A DNA stretch of 64,000 bases. Source: Tubiluchus corallicola. Its lineage: Eukaryota; Animalia; Priapulida. Position 1 is the first letter of the stretch. Each line of letters begins with the position of its first letter. The notes beneath the pieces are model-generated. The model did not search any database, had not been told where the DNA came from, and saw only the letters and a list, made by a program, of their open reading frames with translations. Below, in pieces: positions 27,123-42,100 of the stretch. A program made the translations under genes and the position numbers. Location: contig JAQGDQ010000295.1 of NCBI GenBank assembly GCA_030141605.1, positions 1 through 64,000 of the forward strand, in the 5' to 3' direction.

Positions 27123-30100
27123 GTAAGTACCTCTGAAATGAAGACCTTACCAATGGGAATGACCACAATCATAACTGTGATGTGTAACGTAACATAACAT
27201 AACAACATATTCATTTATTTATCTTGACACGCATTACAACATGTAACAGGTATTTTTAAAACAATATCATGAAGAAGGGGCAGTGAAAGACCAAGTGGTC
27301 ATCCAGTCAGCTGCCCCAAAATTGGTACTGGTAACATTTATTAGTGGCACTGTGTTATTAATTATATTAACTGAAGAATTCGCTCTACATAAACCATGAA
27401 ACGAAAACAGAAAGTAAATATAGATTGGCGAGTAAATTTCATGAGACTAATGGATATCAGTGATGAAAGATAGATTAATCACGGCATAAAGGTTTGAAAA
27501 CAGAAACACTTAACAATATAGAACATTTAGAAATGTTTGGCACATTTAGCTAAATACAAATATACACGAAATGAGCAAACAAAGAAAAAATAAAAATATA
27601 AATCTTGGCATACGAATTTCATGAATTTGACATACAGACAAATTTAAGCAAATAACGTACTTGGCACATTTTTCCATAAGCATCTTTTTTATGAAATAAA
27701 ACCGAGGTGGTAATGCTTCGCTGTGTCATTATGAAGGTGTATCAAGTCCACATGGGTTACAAGAAGTTGTTGTTCTAGTTGGTTTGAACAGATCTTAATA
27801 ATAACTTGATAATAACTTGCAAAAAGGTGCTGGCAATAATTATGGTACTATGGTACTTGTCATCACCAGGGCCGGCGCTGAAAAGTGCGTGGCCCAATTA
27901 GAAAATTGTTAGTGGGGCCCTCTGGTCTACAAATGCTGAAGATTGATGTTTTATGCTTCATGTAGCACACCACTCTCAGCCAAAAAACGTTGACAGCTTG
28001 ATGCTCCACCATTAGCTGTCGGATATACTAAAAATTGAAAGCTGATATGAAAATTTCAATGTTTTATTACAAGTCACATATTTACCGACATACTGTTTAT
28101 GCACAGGCTTTCTAAAAACAGGGTTTTCTGGCGTTTTAAGCCAGAAATCTTTCAAAAGCATTGTCACTGGTTTTTGTAATTTCATTTTCTGTAGATAGCA
28201 TGCCAAATAATTTAGTCTCTCTTGTGAAATTTTTGACCGTAGGTATGTTTTAATTAGTTTTAAGTTTGAAAAACTTCTTTCACCTGAGGTGATTGCTACG
28301 GTGTTGTATAATCTTATTAATAGGGCTCTTTCTGTGATGAGGGTTTGAATATCTTCCACAAATTAGTAAACTTCAAATTCAATGATGATCTAACTAATCC
28401 TTAGTGTTTGCCACTTACCTTTTTAACATGGTATATGACAACGACAAACTGAAATTACAAAGCAAATAAACAAATGAAGAGCAAAAAAACAAGTAGTATT
28501 AACAATGGATGCCAATGTTTGCTTTTTCTAATTTTTCTATTAACTTGGGCTATATTTGTGATTTTGTTAGCATAGCAGAAATTTCGCAGTCTAAGTTTTG
28601 TTCCTACTTTTGTTTTTACAGGATTTAGTTCGTAAAGGGATACCCTGTCATTTTCGAGGCATCGTTTGGCAGCTACTATGTAATGCTTTCAATTCTCCAC
28701 ACAAGGACCAGTATGCTGAATATATTAAACAGACTTCTCCTTGTGAAAAGGTACAGTACAACTTACTTTGTGATCAATTTGAAACCTTAGAATAAGATTA
28801 GCTATTAAAAACTTATACAAGAAGTTAATGTAGTGCAGAAGCCTGTTTCTATGGAGTCGGACCCAATATTTTAATGTGCAATGTATTACTTTTTTAGTGT
28901 AGAATATACTGTTCGACAGTTAGGACAATTAGAAGCAAATAGTTTAATATTCATTATGCACTCCCATGCTTTAGAATAGGGTAAGTAGATTAAGAGTAAC
29001 AAATTTTTACAATATTTAATACATCGGGTTATACAGATTCATTGTTTTTGCATTCTAGTTCTTTATGCATTTGTAATATTTGTGCCTTTGTGTCTATGTG
29101 TCTTTATGCTCTTTTGGTTTAGAAGTATTTTTGTCAAACAAAAATACTTGTGGAAAAGAAATTAGAAGGTATCTGTTTATTGGTTAAAAATTGTTTCAGG
29201 GTCATTAGAAGCCCATATTATCAGTGACTCACTCACTCAAAAATATGATTATAAGTTATGTGCTTTATTAATCAGCATGCTTATATTAATCATATACGAG
29301 CTACAGTATTCTTGGAGAAATCAAGTAAACCTTTGTTTATGATATTGTAAAAAACACTACTGAAGAGGATTTATTCGGTGTAAATTCAAGACCTTGTTAC
29401 CTTCTCTATAGGTTATACGTCGTGACATTGCCCGGACGTATCCCGAACACGAATTCTTTAAAGAAAAAGATGGCGTGGGGCAGGAAAGCTTGTTCAATGT
29501 GATAAAGGTCTGTATATGTTTTGTTGTTTAAATCTTGGGGGAATAATCCTCGCCGATAGATGTGTTGCAAGAAACAATGCAAAATTTACGGTTGTTTTAA
29601 GTTGTTAAATTTTATTTTGCTTTCGGAATCAAGTTTTAGCCAGATGTTACACGTTTTATTTGAAATTTGTCTTGTTGCATTTAAAAATGAAATTAAGTAA
29701 ATGTTTGATGTGCTGAACTATAAAGATCGGTCTTAATATGCTGCCATTTTTCAGTTTAGACAAAATGACAAAAGTTTATCTTGTATCCCATAGTCACCTG
29801 GCGAGATCAAATGCCTTTTATTTCCATCATGAAAAATCCGCAAATTAAAAGTTACAGATGGAAAAACTAACTACTACTTCTTGACAACTAATTTTCTCTT
29901 GTTTTTATCAACTCCCCCCCCCCCCCCCGTTATACTGACAAAAGACCTCGTTATGACCTTAAAAAATTGGACATGTCTCCATCAACAACGAAGTATTATG
30001 GTCTTGAAGGTCTTCATGATCGCAAAAAGATTTTGAGCATGCTAGAAGTCATCACTGATCACCGTGAGATCACTGTAGAAACGCAGTATGGATGTGATTA

Positions 30101-33100
30101 GGATGGTGTAGTCATATTACGAGCATTAGCCAATCGTAGGCTTTACAAACATAGTATCAGCCTTGCATCAGACTATAATTTCGTTCTTCTTTGTTTGCAT
30201 TTGCATAAATTACACTTTTTATGTGACACAACTACTTTCATAGGAATTGTAGTACAGTGAGGAAGAATCCAGAGCAGCCTAATAGAAGCAATTCTTTTTT
30301 ATTTTGCCATGTTTTTTGGAGACCTGAGCACCATCATCGAGAAATTCCTTATTTTGAGAGGTCACAGGCAGGTCTTCATGGTGATCATTCGGCATGGTGA
30401 TCATGGTGACAGGGTCTTTACTGATTATGTTTTAGTGTATTTGTCTGTGATTGCATTCTCATACATGTACATGTTTACAGGCTTACTCACTACACGACCG
30501 TGAGGTGGGCTACTGTCAGGGTAGTGGTTTCATCGTCGGCCTTCTACTTATGCAGGTGAAGACAGTTAAAAATTTTAATTATTGTAAAATGGAGGATTAG
30601 TTTAGCATGCACTTCAACACAGATGTTATTGAACCAGTGGGATTATAGTTGAGTGTGAATAATTAAAAATCTCAGATTTATAAGAAACTAAGTTTGTGTG
30701 GTGTGACAAGCTTGTGATGAAGCACCTTGTTTTAACATTTTGATTAATTTTTGACAGTACGAGTAAAACAGTCTGAGCTTTTTTGGTGTTTACTGCCAGA
30801 GAACTCTAAAATTTCAAATCTTATTACGTTGTTAAGGAACTAAACAGTCTGCACGAAATATACAAAATGCGGCACCTCCACTTGCATGTTGTGTAGTTTG
30901 TTTACGGTAAATAGCTTATTATTGCAAAATTATAAACACTGTCACTCGCCCCTAAGCAGCATTTAGTTGTAAATAGCAGCATAGCAGCACCTAAGTAGCA
31001 TATCCACACATTATGGCAAAAATAGGTAATTTTACGATATCTTATTTTGTATTATGTTGGTGTCTAAATTTTTATCCTGAAAATTATAAGACTTATGATA
31101 AAAGAAACATCTTTTTCAAAGAGGCATCTCAGGTCTGGGAAAAAATTACTTAATTTACAAATGCCAATATGTGATTAGATTCACTTTTTGTGCACAGTAG
31201 TTGGGTGCTTTTTTGCAGCTTAATTAGTTGCAATTTGCACTAAACCATTTCATTATTTATGAATAACGTGACTTATTTGTCCAAATTAGATGCCCGAAGA
31301 GGAGGCTTACTCGGTGCTAGTCAAACTTATGCAGGACTATGATATGAGAGAAATGTTCAAACCCAGCATGGCAAAGCTAGGTCTATGCATGTATCAACTA
31401 GAATGTATGGTGCAGGTAGGTGAACAATTTACATCTTATGCTTGCTTTGATGTACACTTGATTTATTTGCCAAATGTCATTATCTCAACAATGTAAGAGT
31501 TGGCTAATACCATATAGGTATTTGTAAGTACATTGCTTTATCAGTAAAGTTTAGTGAACTAGAGTCGAAAACGTCATATTCACGGTAATATTGTTTAACC
31601 TGAACCTTGAATTAGTTCGCTATGAAGTTTAATAACCTAGTATTGCAAATATGTAATTTCACTATAAAATACTGAATCACCAGTTATAATTATTTCCTGG
31701 CTGTTTTCTATTACTTTTATAGATTAAAAAGACAACCCTGGGAGGGTAATCAGTTCACTTTGGGTGGGAGGGCTACTCAGTAATGTCAGAGCTATAGCGG
31801 CAAATATGCATCCTGAATATATCTATGTAAAAACTTGCAGGTCATCAGAGTGGAATCAAAATACGTTTAACATGTATAAACAACTTTTAAATACTGTTGT
31901 TTATACAACAGTTGTGATCAAACACTTTTCAAAAAAAGGAAAGCGGTTAGCTAAGCAAATTGTTAGCTGCTTTTCATTACCTAAAATATTAGTTAATGGG
32001 TATTGTGTATTGTGTTTGTGAATGTGAATTGTATTGGCCTAATATTAAATTTCCTCAAGTACTAATCTAGTACTAAGTGCATCTTTTCACTGTAAATATC
32101 ATTTGAGGTAAATGATTTTTCAAGTACTAACCTAGTACTAAGTGCATATTTTCACTGTAATACCATTTGAAGTAAATGATTTTTCAAGTACTAACATAGT
32201 ACTAAGCGCATCTTTTCACTGTAATACCATTTGAAGTAAATGATTTTTCAAGTACTAATCTAGTACTAAGCGCCTCTTTTCACTGTAATACCATTTGAAG
32301 TAAATGATTTTTCAAGTACTAATCTAGTACTAAGTGCATCTTTTGACCGTAAATTGAGGTTAATGATTTATATGACTGTTTTGTGTTATTTTTCATCGAT
32401 TGCAAATGACAACTCGTTAGGGTAGTTGACTAAGTATCACCTGTTTATCTACTACTGTCATGCTGGTGACAAAATCAAGTACTTCAGAATAGAATTTTTA
32501 ATTCTGGGTTCTGCACGAACATTAGTTTCATTTGGCTTAATTCGTTTTGGGTCATCGCTAATGCATTCATTAGTATGTTTGTGATTTTTACAGTTCAGAA
32601 TTCATTATGTCAGAAGAATTCATAACAGAATGGTCTCATAAACATTAAACAACAATTATTAAAATGACATTTCACAAGTTCTGCAATTATATGCGTGCAT
32701 TGCTGAAATGGATTATTCTTACACGGAGTATTAAGGACATCATGAGATATGGAAGATGGAAGGCACCTTATGGATTACGTATTGTTGATTATGGCTTGCT
32801 CCTTACGCCTAGGCCTAAGAAATAACACTTTGTCAAAAAAATACGTAGCTACTTTTTTATGAATCGCAATATGGTGTATATCGATTACTTCTCTTGAATG
32901 TGTTCATGGCTATTAAGGTTTCATTACTCTTTTTAACTAGGAGCAGTTACCGGAGCTGAACATGCATTTTCAAAGTCAGAGTTTTTACACGTCCATGTAT
33001 GCATCGTCATGGTTTCTCACTTTATTTACGACAACACTGCCTGTCAACTTTGCTTGCAAAATCATGGACGTTTTCATATCTGAGGTAACTTAAAAATCGT

Positions 33101-36100
33101 TTTCATTTAAATTAAGGCTGTGATAGAGCTTTAAAGCAAAGAAATTTTATCAGTGCAAACAATGACTGAATGTACTCTTAGCAGAAAAATTGATTTTCCT
33201 TAAAGGGGAAGAAAAGGCAATTTTAAAGTATATCCCAAAAAACATCCCTTACAAAGTTATATTACTTTGCATTACACTTATGGGTTTGAAACGCTTAATT
33301 TAAAATGTTTCCAACAACTGGTAAAACGTCATCCCAGTGTGCAGCACTGACTCACCAAAAACGCATGATTGATCCCATTGACAGTATATAGTAACTTAAA
33401 CTCTTGCTTAAATAATGAAGTGTGTGTTAGGAGTGCTTTGTTTATTTTTTCAAATTTTATGCAATTTTATCTAAACTATTTAAAATGACCTACTGTCAAA
33501 ATGATTGCGTCTTACGGTCATCGCAGTACTTTAAATTCACAAGTTTTATATAGTGTTGCTGATAACAAGTTGTATGTGAAGAGAACAGTAAGTGATACAA
33601 AACAGCCTTTGTTTCAGTTTTTTTGTGCTTTTAGAATTCGGAGCAGACAATTTTTTTACAATTTCTTTTATCTAGAAATTTTCTTTTGTTTTTGGTTGCT
33701 ACGACTATGAGGATACTTTTTTGTGGCCATATTTGTCACTTAGCCTAATAGTTGAGCCTGAAAGGAAGTTCTTAAAAAGATTATTTCTGTATAAATTAAC
33801 GTTGTTTCAGATGTATTTTTTGGCATCATGTAAATAGGCACACATTACGCTAAAAAATTGAATTTCTGTACGATAAGTGCTGATTTGTTTTCAAACTTCG
33901 TTTTTTGTCATGATTATTATATGATTTGTTATGATATGATTTATATGATACACTAAACAGAAATTCTGAGCCAGGTCAGCTCCTAAATAAAAATGCAACA
34001 CGCATGGTCAGCAATATGGTTTCTTTTCCACAACCACAACAAGTTGCTTGCATTTATTTTCTATTCAAAATGGTAGCACGATCAGTCTTTATTTTTCAGG
34101 GATTGGAATCCATATTCCGGATATCAATGGCAATCCTGTTTGACTGTAAATCGGAGCTGATGTCGTTAGACATGGAGGGCATGCTGAAGGTACCTTTGAT
34201 TTTAGTCGGAAATCTAATGGCTTCCTAATTGTAGTTTGAACACGTGAACTTTACTATGGGATTTAAAAACATGCGATGGGATTAAAAAAACAGGTTTTTC
34301 AATTCAAATTCAAATTTATTTTTTACCTCATAGAGTTAAGGTTTGCTTAAGTATGGTTAGTTTGCCATAAAAAACGGAAAGAGGCTTGGTGGTGGAAGAC
34401 CATTGGGTCACCTTGCAACCACCAATTAGTAATCAATCAATACTGTTGATGAAATTGAAAAAAAATGGTGTTAGTTGCATTTGGAGAGAGACAATTCACA
34501 CGCTAATTAAACCAATAAACATGCTGACATATAAGCTAAGCTACACACGTATCGTTACATGCTCCTTGAATGTAAACGAAGTGCCAACTAGCGGTCAGCT
34601 TGCGAAATAACAGACTGTGTCCATATGCAGGGCTTTTTAACGGACCAGATTTTGTGCGAATTTTCCGATATCCGTAAAAGCGAGTTTTGCAAACCGAGAT
34701 ATGTGTGTCTTAATTGCATATAATCATTATATTACATTGACAACAAATGATGTTGTAAGTGCATCGGATGGCTTGGCTTGACTACTATAAAGCCAAGTAG
34801 CAGATATAAACCAATTGGATTCAATATAATTAAATCTAAATCAATAATTGCATTAGTGTGGGCATCCTTATATATGATAAGCTGACACGACAAGAGACAC
34901 GCCATGTTAGCTGAACGTAACGGGCAAATATTTGTAATCCGCACACCACACATTGATTAAGTCTGTGATCTCTGAGAATTGGCAGTGCTGACAGTTCTTA
35001 TGTTTAACTACCTTTTTCTTAGTTCTTTCAAAAAGATATGCCGGAGAAGTACGCCAATGATCCTGACCGATTACTCAACTTGTCGTATCAGGTCAAGTTC
35101 AACAGCAAAAAAATGAAAAAGTAAGTAGAATTTATATCATATACTTGTGAAACAAAATATTAAATTTGGCTTGCTATATTCTTCTATAATTTCTGCTAAT
35201 GGAACTGTGTTTTAGATGGTGCATGGTAGTACATAAAGCAGAGCTGCTATGATACAATGTCTTAGAAGTTGCTTATAGAACAAAAAATGTTGAGAATTAA
35301 GAATTGTGTAATGGTTACAGTACGAGTTTGGTTATTTAGTTACTTGTACTTACTTGGTTAAAGTAACCATAGTCTAACCATAGTTAAACTATCTATGTAC
35401 AGTACCAATCATAAATTTATATATTTGTCCATAAATACTGATATCATTTTAACTTCGAATACATTTGCCCATTGGGAATATACACTTACTAACCATTTTT
35501 TACATATTTAACTTACTAATTCTCTGTTCTTTGTGTAAATATTTATTTTATTTGTCTTGTAGAAATATTTTTTAATTGAGATTTTTAACTATGCTTTGTT
35601 TATTATTCTGTGGTACTTTTTATTACTGAAATAAACGTAAAATAATAAGAAAATAATTTATTAGCTGAAAAAAAAATAAATAAATAAATAATATTTGTAT
35701 ATGCTGTAAATATATTGCAACTTATTATATATTATATTTTATGGCCAACACAAATGCTACCATCTCCTTTGATAAAAATGTATTTTTATAAACGTTCTTG
35801 ATTAAAAAACGATGCATAGTTTTCTGAAACACAGGCAAGAAACATTGACTTATTTAAATTTAACTGGTTACCACCTACAAGACACATTATGTTACTTTCA
35901 TCGTAACTATTATAAATATTAACTGTTTTCTAATACATTTACTATTTTACATTGAGGCTTTACTATTTTCAACATCGTGTTTTTTATATACGAGTTTCTA
36001 AAAATGAAAAGGTTCCATACTAATTTTTAATTTTCGAATTATTTTTTACTTTTCTATTACAAGCTAAGAGATTTGTAAGTTTTTTACCTAATCATTTTGG

Positions 36101-39100
36101 TTATTTGTGTTTCCTATTTACTCAATTAAAAAACTCATTTGGAGCTAATGTTGATAATAATAATATTAACAATAAAGGTCTTATTATTTAACATTAATGT
36201 TGCTGATCAAAGTCATTTTACATTAAAAATGCACATTTTACGAAAAAAACATCAAATACACACTGCTATAACTAAAAAACATTCTTGATAAAGACATTAT
36301 TCGTCTTGGAATTGGTAATTAAACGTCGTAGAACAATACGGTAATGATTCTATTATATCAGGCTAGAAAAAGAATATACAGCCATGAAGAGCAAGGAAGC
36401 TGAGGAACAGATTGAACTTAGGCGACTTCGGACGGAAAATCGGTTGCTGCGACAACGCTTAGAAATGCTGGAACAGGTATGGTGGAAACATTTGTTCCCA
36501 TTGCTAAATTTCATGATTGTTATGTGAAGATCTTCTATGTTATCCCTGTGTATTTGGACAGTAACATCTCTCATGTGTTGCAGGAGAGCATCTCATTAGC
36601 AGACCGTCTCATTCAAGGACAGGTCATTAGAGCTCAGGAAGCTGAGGAGAGCTTTCAGCTTAAAAGAGAGCTGTCAGTGATGCGGCAAATCAACGCCGAC
36701 ACTCAGGACCGTCTCGCTGAAGCGCAAACTCATCTAGATCGATTGCTAGAACGACAGAAGCAGGTTGTCTAGATTTGAGCTTTTAACTTGCATTGTAACA
36801 CTTTCTTGCTAGCACTGTAAGATGTTTTTGCATGCACCGTAACACATCCTTGCTTGCACTGTAACTTTTTTACTTGGACTGTAACACATTCTCCCTAGCA
36901 GTGTAACTTTTTTTACTTGCGTTGTAATACGTTCTTGCTTGAACTTGACTCTACTGCAACTCGTTCTTGCTTGTGCTGTACCTGGTGCTTGCACTGCAAC
37001 TCTTTGCTTGTACTGTAACTTTGATTGTTCTGCAACTTGCCTTTGCTTCATAAAAAAGTGCAAAAATGATTTTTTGTCAAAAATTGTCTAAGCAGATTTG
37101 CGACTAATGTGTTAGTGGTAATTGCAAGCAAAAATAAAAAGGTTTTAGTGTTTTATCCATTAATTTTGTTTGGAGGCAAAGACTGATTTAATCAAGTGTT
37201 AAAAAGGCTCTGTGTTGAAAAATTTACAAACTAACCACGACACATGTTGTTACATTCAAAATCTGGGCTTATAACTCATAATACTGAACTTAACTTTACT
37301 GGCATTTTAATTGTAGAATGAAGGAAGTTCGGGTCTAACTCTACAGCAAGCTGAAGAGATGATACAGACACTACAGCAAGAACTGGTCTCTGTACGGCTG
37401 CGGGAAGCTGAGTCAACGTGTACTATAAAAGAACTCAAAGCTCGAATTGAAGATCTGGAAGAGGTAATGAAGTTTATTTACACTGAGAATGTCCATGTAG
37501 AATGTTTATTCAAAATGTCTGTTTTGTAATACTCATTGTTGACATTAATTGTAAAAATGGTAAAATTGCACATTTCAGAGTAATCGTCACATGCGATCTA
37601 GTGCCCCCTGTAATCAGGTAGCAACGTTACAAGAAGAGCTGATTGCTGTGAAGCTGCGCGAAGCTGAAGCCAATTTATCTATGAAAGAGTTGAGGCAGAA
37701 AGTTGCCGACCTTGAACAAACTTGGCAGGTGTGTTGGCAAGTTTCTTTGTTTTTTAGAGGTGGCTCCAACAACCTTTGCTTTCTGAATTTAAATAGAAAT
37801 CTAAAATCACAGTTAAATTTAACTGTAACATGTATAGATTTTTATTTTACATTTATCTTAGAAATTGTCTAAAAGAGTTATGCTGTAGTTTGGTGCACTG
37901 GTTTTGCTAGGTTACTTGAACAACAGAGTCATAGTTAAAAAAAGATATTATGCGTATTTACAGTTGTTAGAAAGTCATTAGCTTTATCTATATTGTTTAG
38001 AAGTGTACACAAATTCACGTTAAAATCAAACTGCATTCAGTACAAACACAGTTAATCATAGTGCAATCAAAAATAAAATGTTTTTATCTTCCAAAACATG
38101 GCAGAGATAGTATAAATGCTGGTGTAACAGAAGATAATTTGAATATTCGTAATGACAGTAGGATTTTAAAGTCTTGAACTTTGAACGATTTTGTGTGAAG
38201 CCTGTCCAACATGCATCTTGAAGAAGAGCAAATTTTGCACGAAAGTACTGTCATCAGTTTATTTTGTTGTTTTATGGTAACTGCTGCAGGGTTGAGCATG
38301 CAACTGTTTATCCTCCATCAGTAGGTATTTAGCCTCTGGCATCACTTTCTCATTGACTTCCGAGTCCGAGATTCAATGTGGTGGATTGGTCAGGTTATTT
38401 TGTAGAAGTTGAATTCGGGACCAGGAGTCGATGCGGAAAAAGTGATTCTGAGATGGAGCAGCTTTTGTCTTTATGGCTTAAATAAGCTTTTTTCAGAATT
38501 CCAGCGATTAATCGTGAAAAGGTCAAAGGTTAGGTGAACCATACAACGCATTTGTGTACACTTGGCAACGCCTCACAGACCATGCTGTTGTAATAGTAGC
38601 AGTTTTAACAGCTAGCGAGAACGTTACCTAGTTCATTTTTTCTTCATCCCAAGTAAGAGCCTGCTAATAAATCACTCTAAGCACAGACTAATGCATAATT
38701 AAGCAAAGTTCACATAAAACAACACGGAACTGGCATCATAACTGAAGTTACTGAACTGATGCAACAGACAGCTTTGGTTTACCCACATGTCACGTGACAG
38801 TTATAGTTAAGACGTGTTGCTGTTATACAATTAATCTTTGACTTACAGCAACTGCACATGCGCTTAACGAAACTGTGAAAAGGCTTATTGCTATATACTT
38901 GTTTAACCCAACAGTAACTTTTTTTAACAATCTTTTACAGAAACACATGACAGCACTGAGCGGGTCGTCTAAGAAAGAAGCCAACAATAAGAACTCTATG
39001 CAGCAAGTTTACAACGAGCTGATGACTGTCAAAATACGAGAAGCTGAATCTCTAGCAGAACTGAAGGAGATGCGACAGCGTGTGATGGAATTGGAAACAC

Positions 39101-42100
39101 AGGTACGACGACTGAGAGGCGAGATCAAATCCCAATTCTTGATATTCTTTCATACTGTTTTCTTTCATTTTCTATTTTTGTTTTTGGTTATTTTTTCTAA
39201 CAGTTGGGTTGTTAATATTAAACATGTGTAAAAATTATGAAATGCTTAGATTTGCATCCTAACAGAATCAGTTTTTCAAAAAGCTGTGTTTTTATTGTCA
39301 AATATATGGAGTGCAAACACTAAATACTGGTTCTGTATTATGAATATATTACTTTTAAATATATATATATACATTTATATAACATATTATATAATTTTTA
39401 TATTTATATATAATATATAACACTAAGTATAAAATTTCAACAAGGGTATGTTTTTTGCACTTGATATCAATAACTAGATCATATTTGCTTCTGATTAAGA
39501 GTCTAATTACTTCATGGACGTTGTTCTATCGAAGTACTTTCAAATGTAACATATGTCAGTAACAAATATATATATATAACATATTTGTGTGAATAACTGT
39601 TGAATAGTATTTAATAGTAATAACTTTCTAATGCTATGAAATAGTCATAGATGCCGGAAAAGCAATTTTTACGTTAACGTAACTAGAAAATCTGGCAATA
39701 TAGAAAATGCGAACTCCAAAAATGGCCCATTTTGACTGTTTTTCGCAGAACTTATATTTCTTATTTCTGGTCTTTAATATTAGTAACATTTTATTTCGTC
39801 AGAGTCAGATGAGCAGTAATCAATTAAAACGAGCCGATGATGAACAACAGGTGTTAAAAGAACAATGCAGCTCGGCCATAACGAGCAACAAAGAACTTCA
39901 CGAGAGACTACGTGAAGCGGAACGTCGTTATTCTGACCTAGAATCTAAAGTATGTACTCAATTATGTGTACAAACTATATTGGTTTTATTTCTAATAATA
40001 ATATAATGTTAATAGTAGTAGCTTGTAAAAGTTGTAAGACTTAAGCCTAACGAGCTTACCTTTAGTCCCTAAAATCCGGAGTGTAAAAGCTGTAAAATAA
40101 GTCTCACCCAACAGGCTTAAGTTTATTCCCTAATTAGTCACTCAAGCTAATAAAAGCTCTAAAGTAAGCCTAAGAATCATACATGTAGTCCCTAATTAGT
40201 CAGTCCGGTTTATAAAAGTTGTAGAGTGAGCTTAATAGGCATATATTTAGTCCCTAATTAGTCAATCAAGCTCATTTAAGCTATAAAGTGAAGTTAAAAT
40301 GCTTGCATTTAGTCTCTAATTAGTCTGTCAAAGTCGTAAAAGCTGTAATATAAGCCTAACAGGTGTACATTTAGTCTCTAGTTAGTCGAGTAATCTAATT
40401 GGGGATAGCACATTTTCAACTTGCTTAAAACTTTTTTATTGTTTTTATTGAATTTAAATTCAAGTAGCATTTCTAACAACACAGTGGATTCTTAACATTT
40501 GGTAGCAATTTGTATACAAATTCTAAAATGTAGTTAAGCAGAGACTTTTCCCTGCTTTCTGGGTTTATTTACTGTCACATGAAGATCATGCAACTTGTCA
40601 AACTATTTGTCTGGTTCCTCATTAGTGGTTTCTTTTTCTATTTGGGTGCCTGGAAGAACAAGAAAAGGAAAACATCTCTTGGCTGTTTTTGACAGCTTCT
40701 TGCAACAGTTGTGATTTATAAACATCTATATTGAAAGATCTGCTGTATTGAACTTGACAGCAGATCATGTTTTGAGCCCGCTGAAAAAAATCTGAATTTT
40801 GAGTCTGTGACGACCACTTTGACGACCAAGAATTAAATTTGGAGAATGATTACTAATCAAACTCGCACTTGGCCAAAACCTGGTACATCTGTCAGAAATC
40901 CATAATCAGTGCAGCCAGCTGTAAAAGCTCAAGATTCAAAAGTGATAGCAAAGATTCGAAATTGCATGACTTTTCAAATGGTTTATAAATCCACATATAA
41001 GTTGTAAACACAATTTTTGAATAACCTGAAATATTAAGCATGTTTACCAGTCTGTTTACTGAGTTCTGGTGAACTTTCCAATAAAAATGACTAGTGAACA
41101 ACTACAATTAGACAATAACTATTATTGCTCACAGCTGCATTGAAAGTCGTGTTTCGATTAAATTGAAGGATATAGTAAAAAACTGTGATTTGGTGGGATC
41201 TGAACTTGCAAGCTCTTAATTAAGTCATACTGTTTTCTTATGTATGATTCTTGATTAATTTAGTATTTTTATTGCAGAGAAAAGAAGAAGTGTTGATGTC
41301 AAGGTTACGGGAAGCGGAGCTATCTACGACAATAGCCGAGCTGCGGCAGCAGATAGCCGAGCTTGAAATAGGGGTGAGTAATGTAAATTTTCTTTCTTTG
41401 TTATGGTTACTTGCATCATTTCATTAAATTCTTTTCTATAAATTTTAGCATTAGATGCTTTTCCACAATGGTTATTTGTGATGCCTAAAGTCCTTATGTA
41501 TTGTGATTTGGTATTTTTATTTATTTCACGCGAAAATTGTTTGTTCCCAGGACAATCCATGTTTTATGCAAATTCAAAGGATAGCTTTAGTATCTGTTTT
41601 TTAAAATTATTTGTGAATGTCTGTGTAACGGGAACAGACTCCAAACTTCCGTAAATGTTTATGCGATTGTTCATCTATCTAGCATTTTGTAACATCCTTT
41701 AGCTCCCCACCATAAAGAGCCGCCATTTGCACCCCAAACCTGCAATGTATTCTGTTGAGTGCAGTTCTGCACTAACAGCTGTGAACTCGCAGTAGCTCTT
41801 TCTACATTAGGCTTTACATATAAAGTTATTCTCTTTGTAGAAACAAGAACTATTCACCGAGGATGCCCTGAAAAAGGATGACCAAGTCAACGAAATCAAA
41901 GAGTTGCAAGCGAAAATCACCGATCTTCAAACTGAGGTGAGTTGATATTTTGAATGAACAAACTGAAGTTTGACGATTTTATCATTTTGTTTTCAGTATT
42001 AGTTTGTGGTGTGTTACAAGCAAACCACTACTGTCGAGGGTTATTAGTAATATGATTATAAAAACATGTTAAACTCTATTTAAAAAAGATAGTAGTCACC

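Noticed and set aside
28012-28359. Intact nested gene in an EVI5 intron
   Set aside because: Only a frameshifted hAT C-terminal fragment with no catalytic domain
36477-36583. In-frame retention of the short EVI5 intron, suggested by ORF 36479..36772
   Set aside because: 107 nt is not a multiple of 3, so retention would shift the frame
32055-40390. 64-bp and 62-bp arrays as CRISPR arrays
   Set aside because: Linkers are homologous between units rather than unique spacers, there are no cas genes, and both arrays lie in spliceosomal introns
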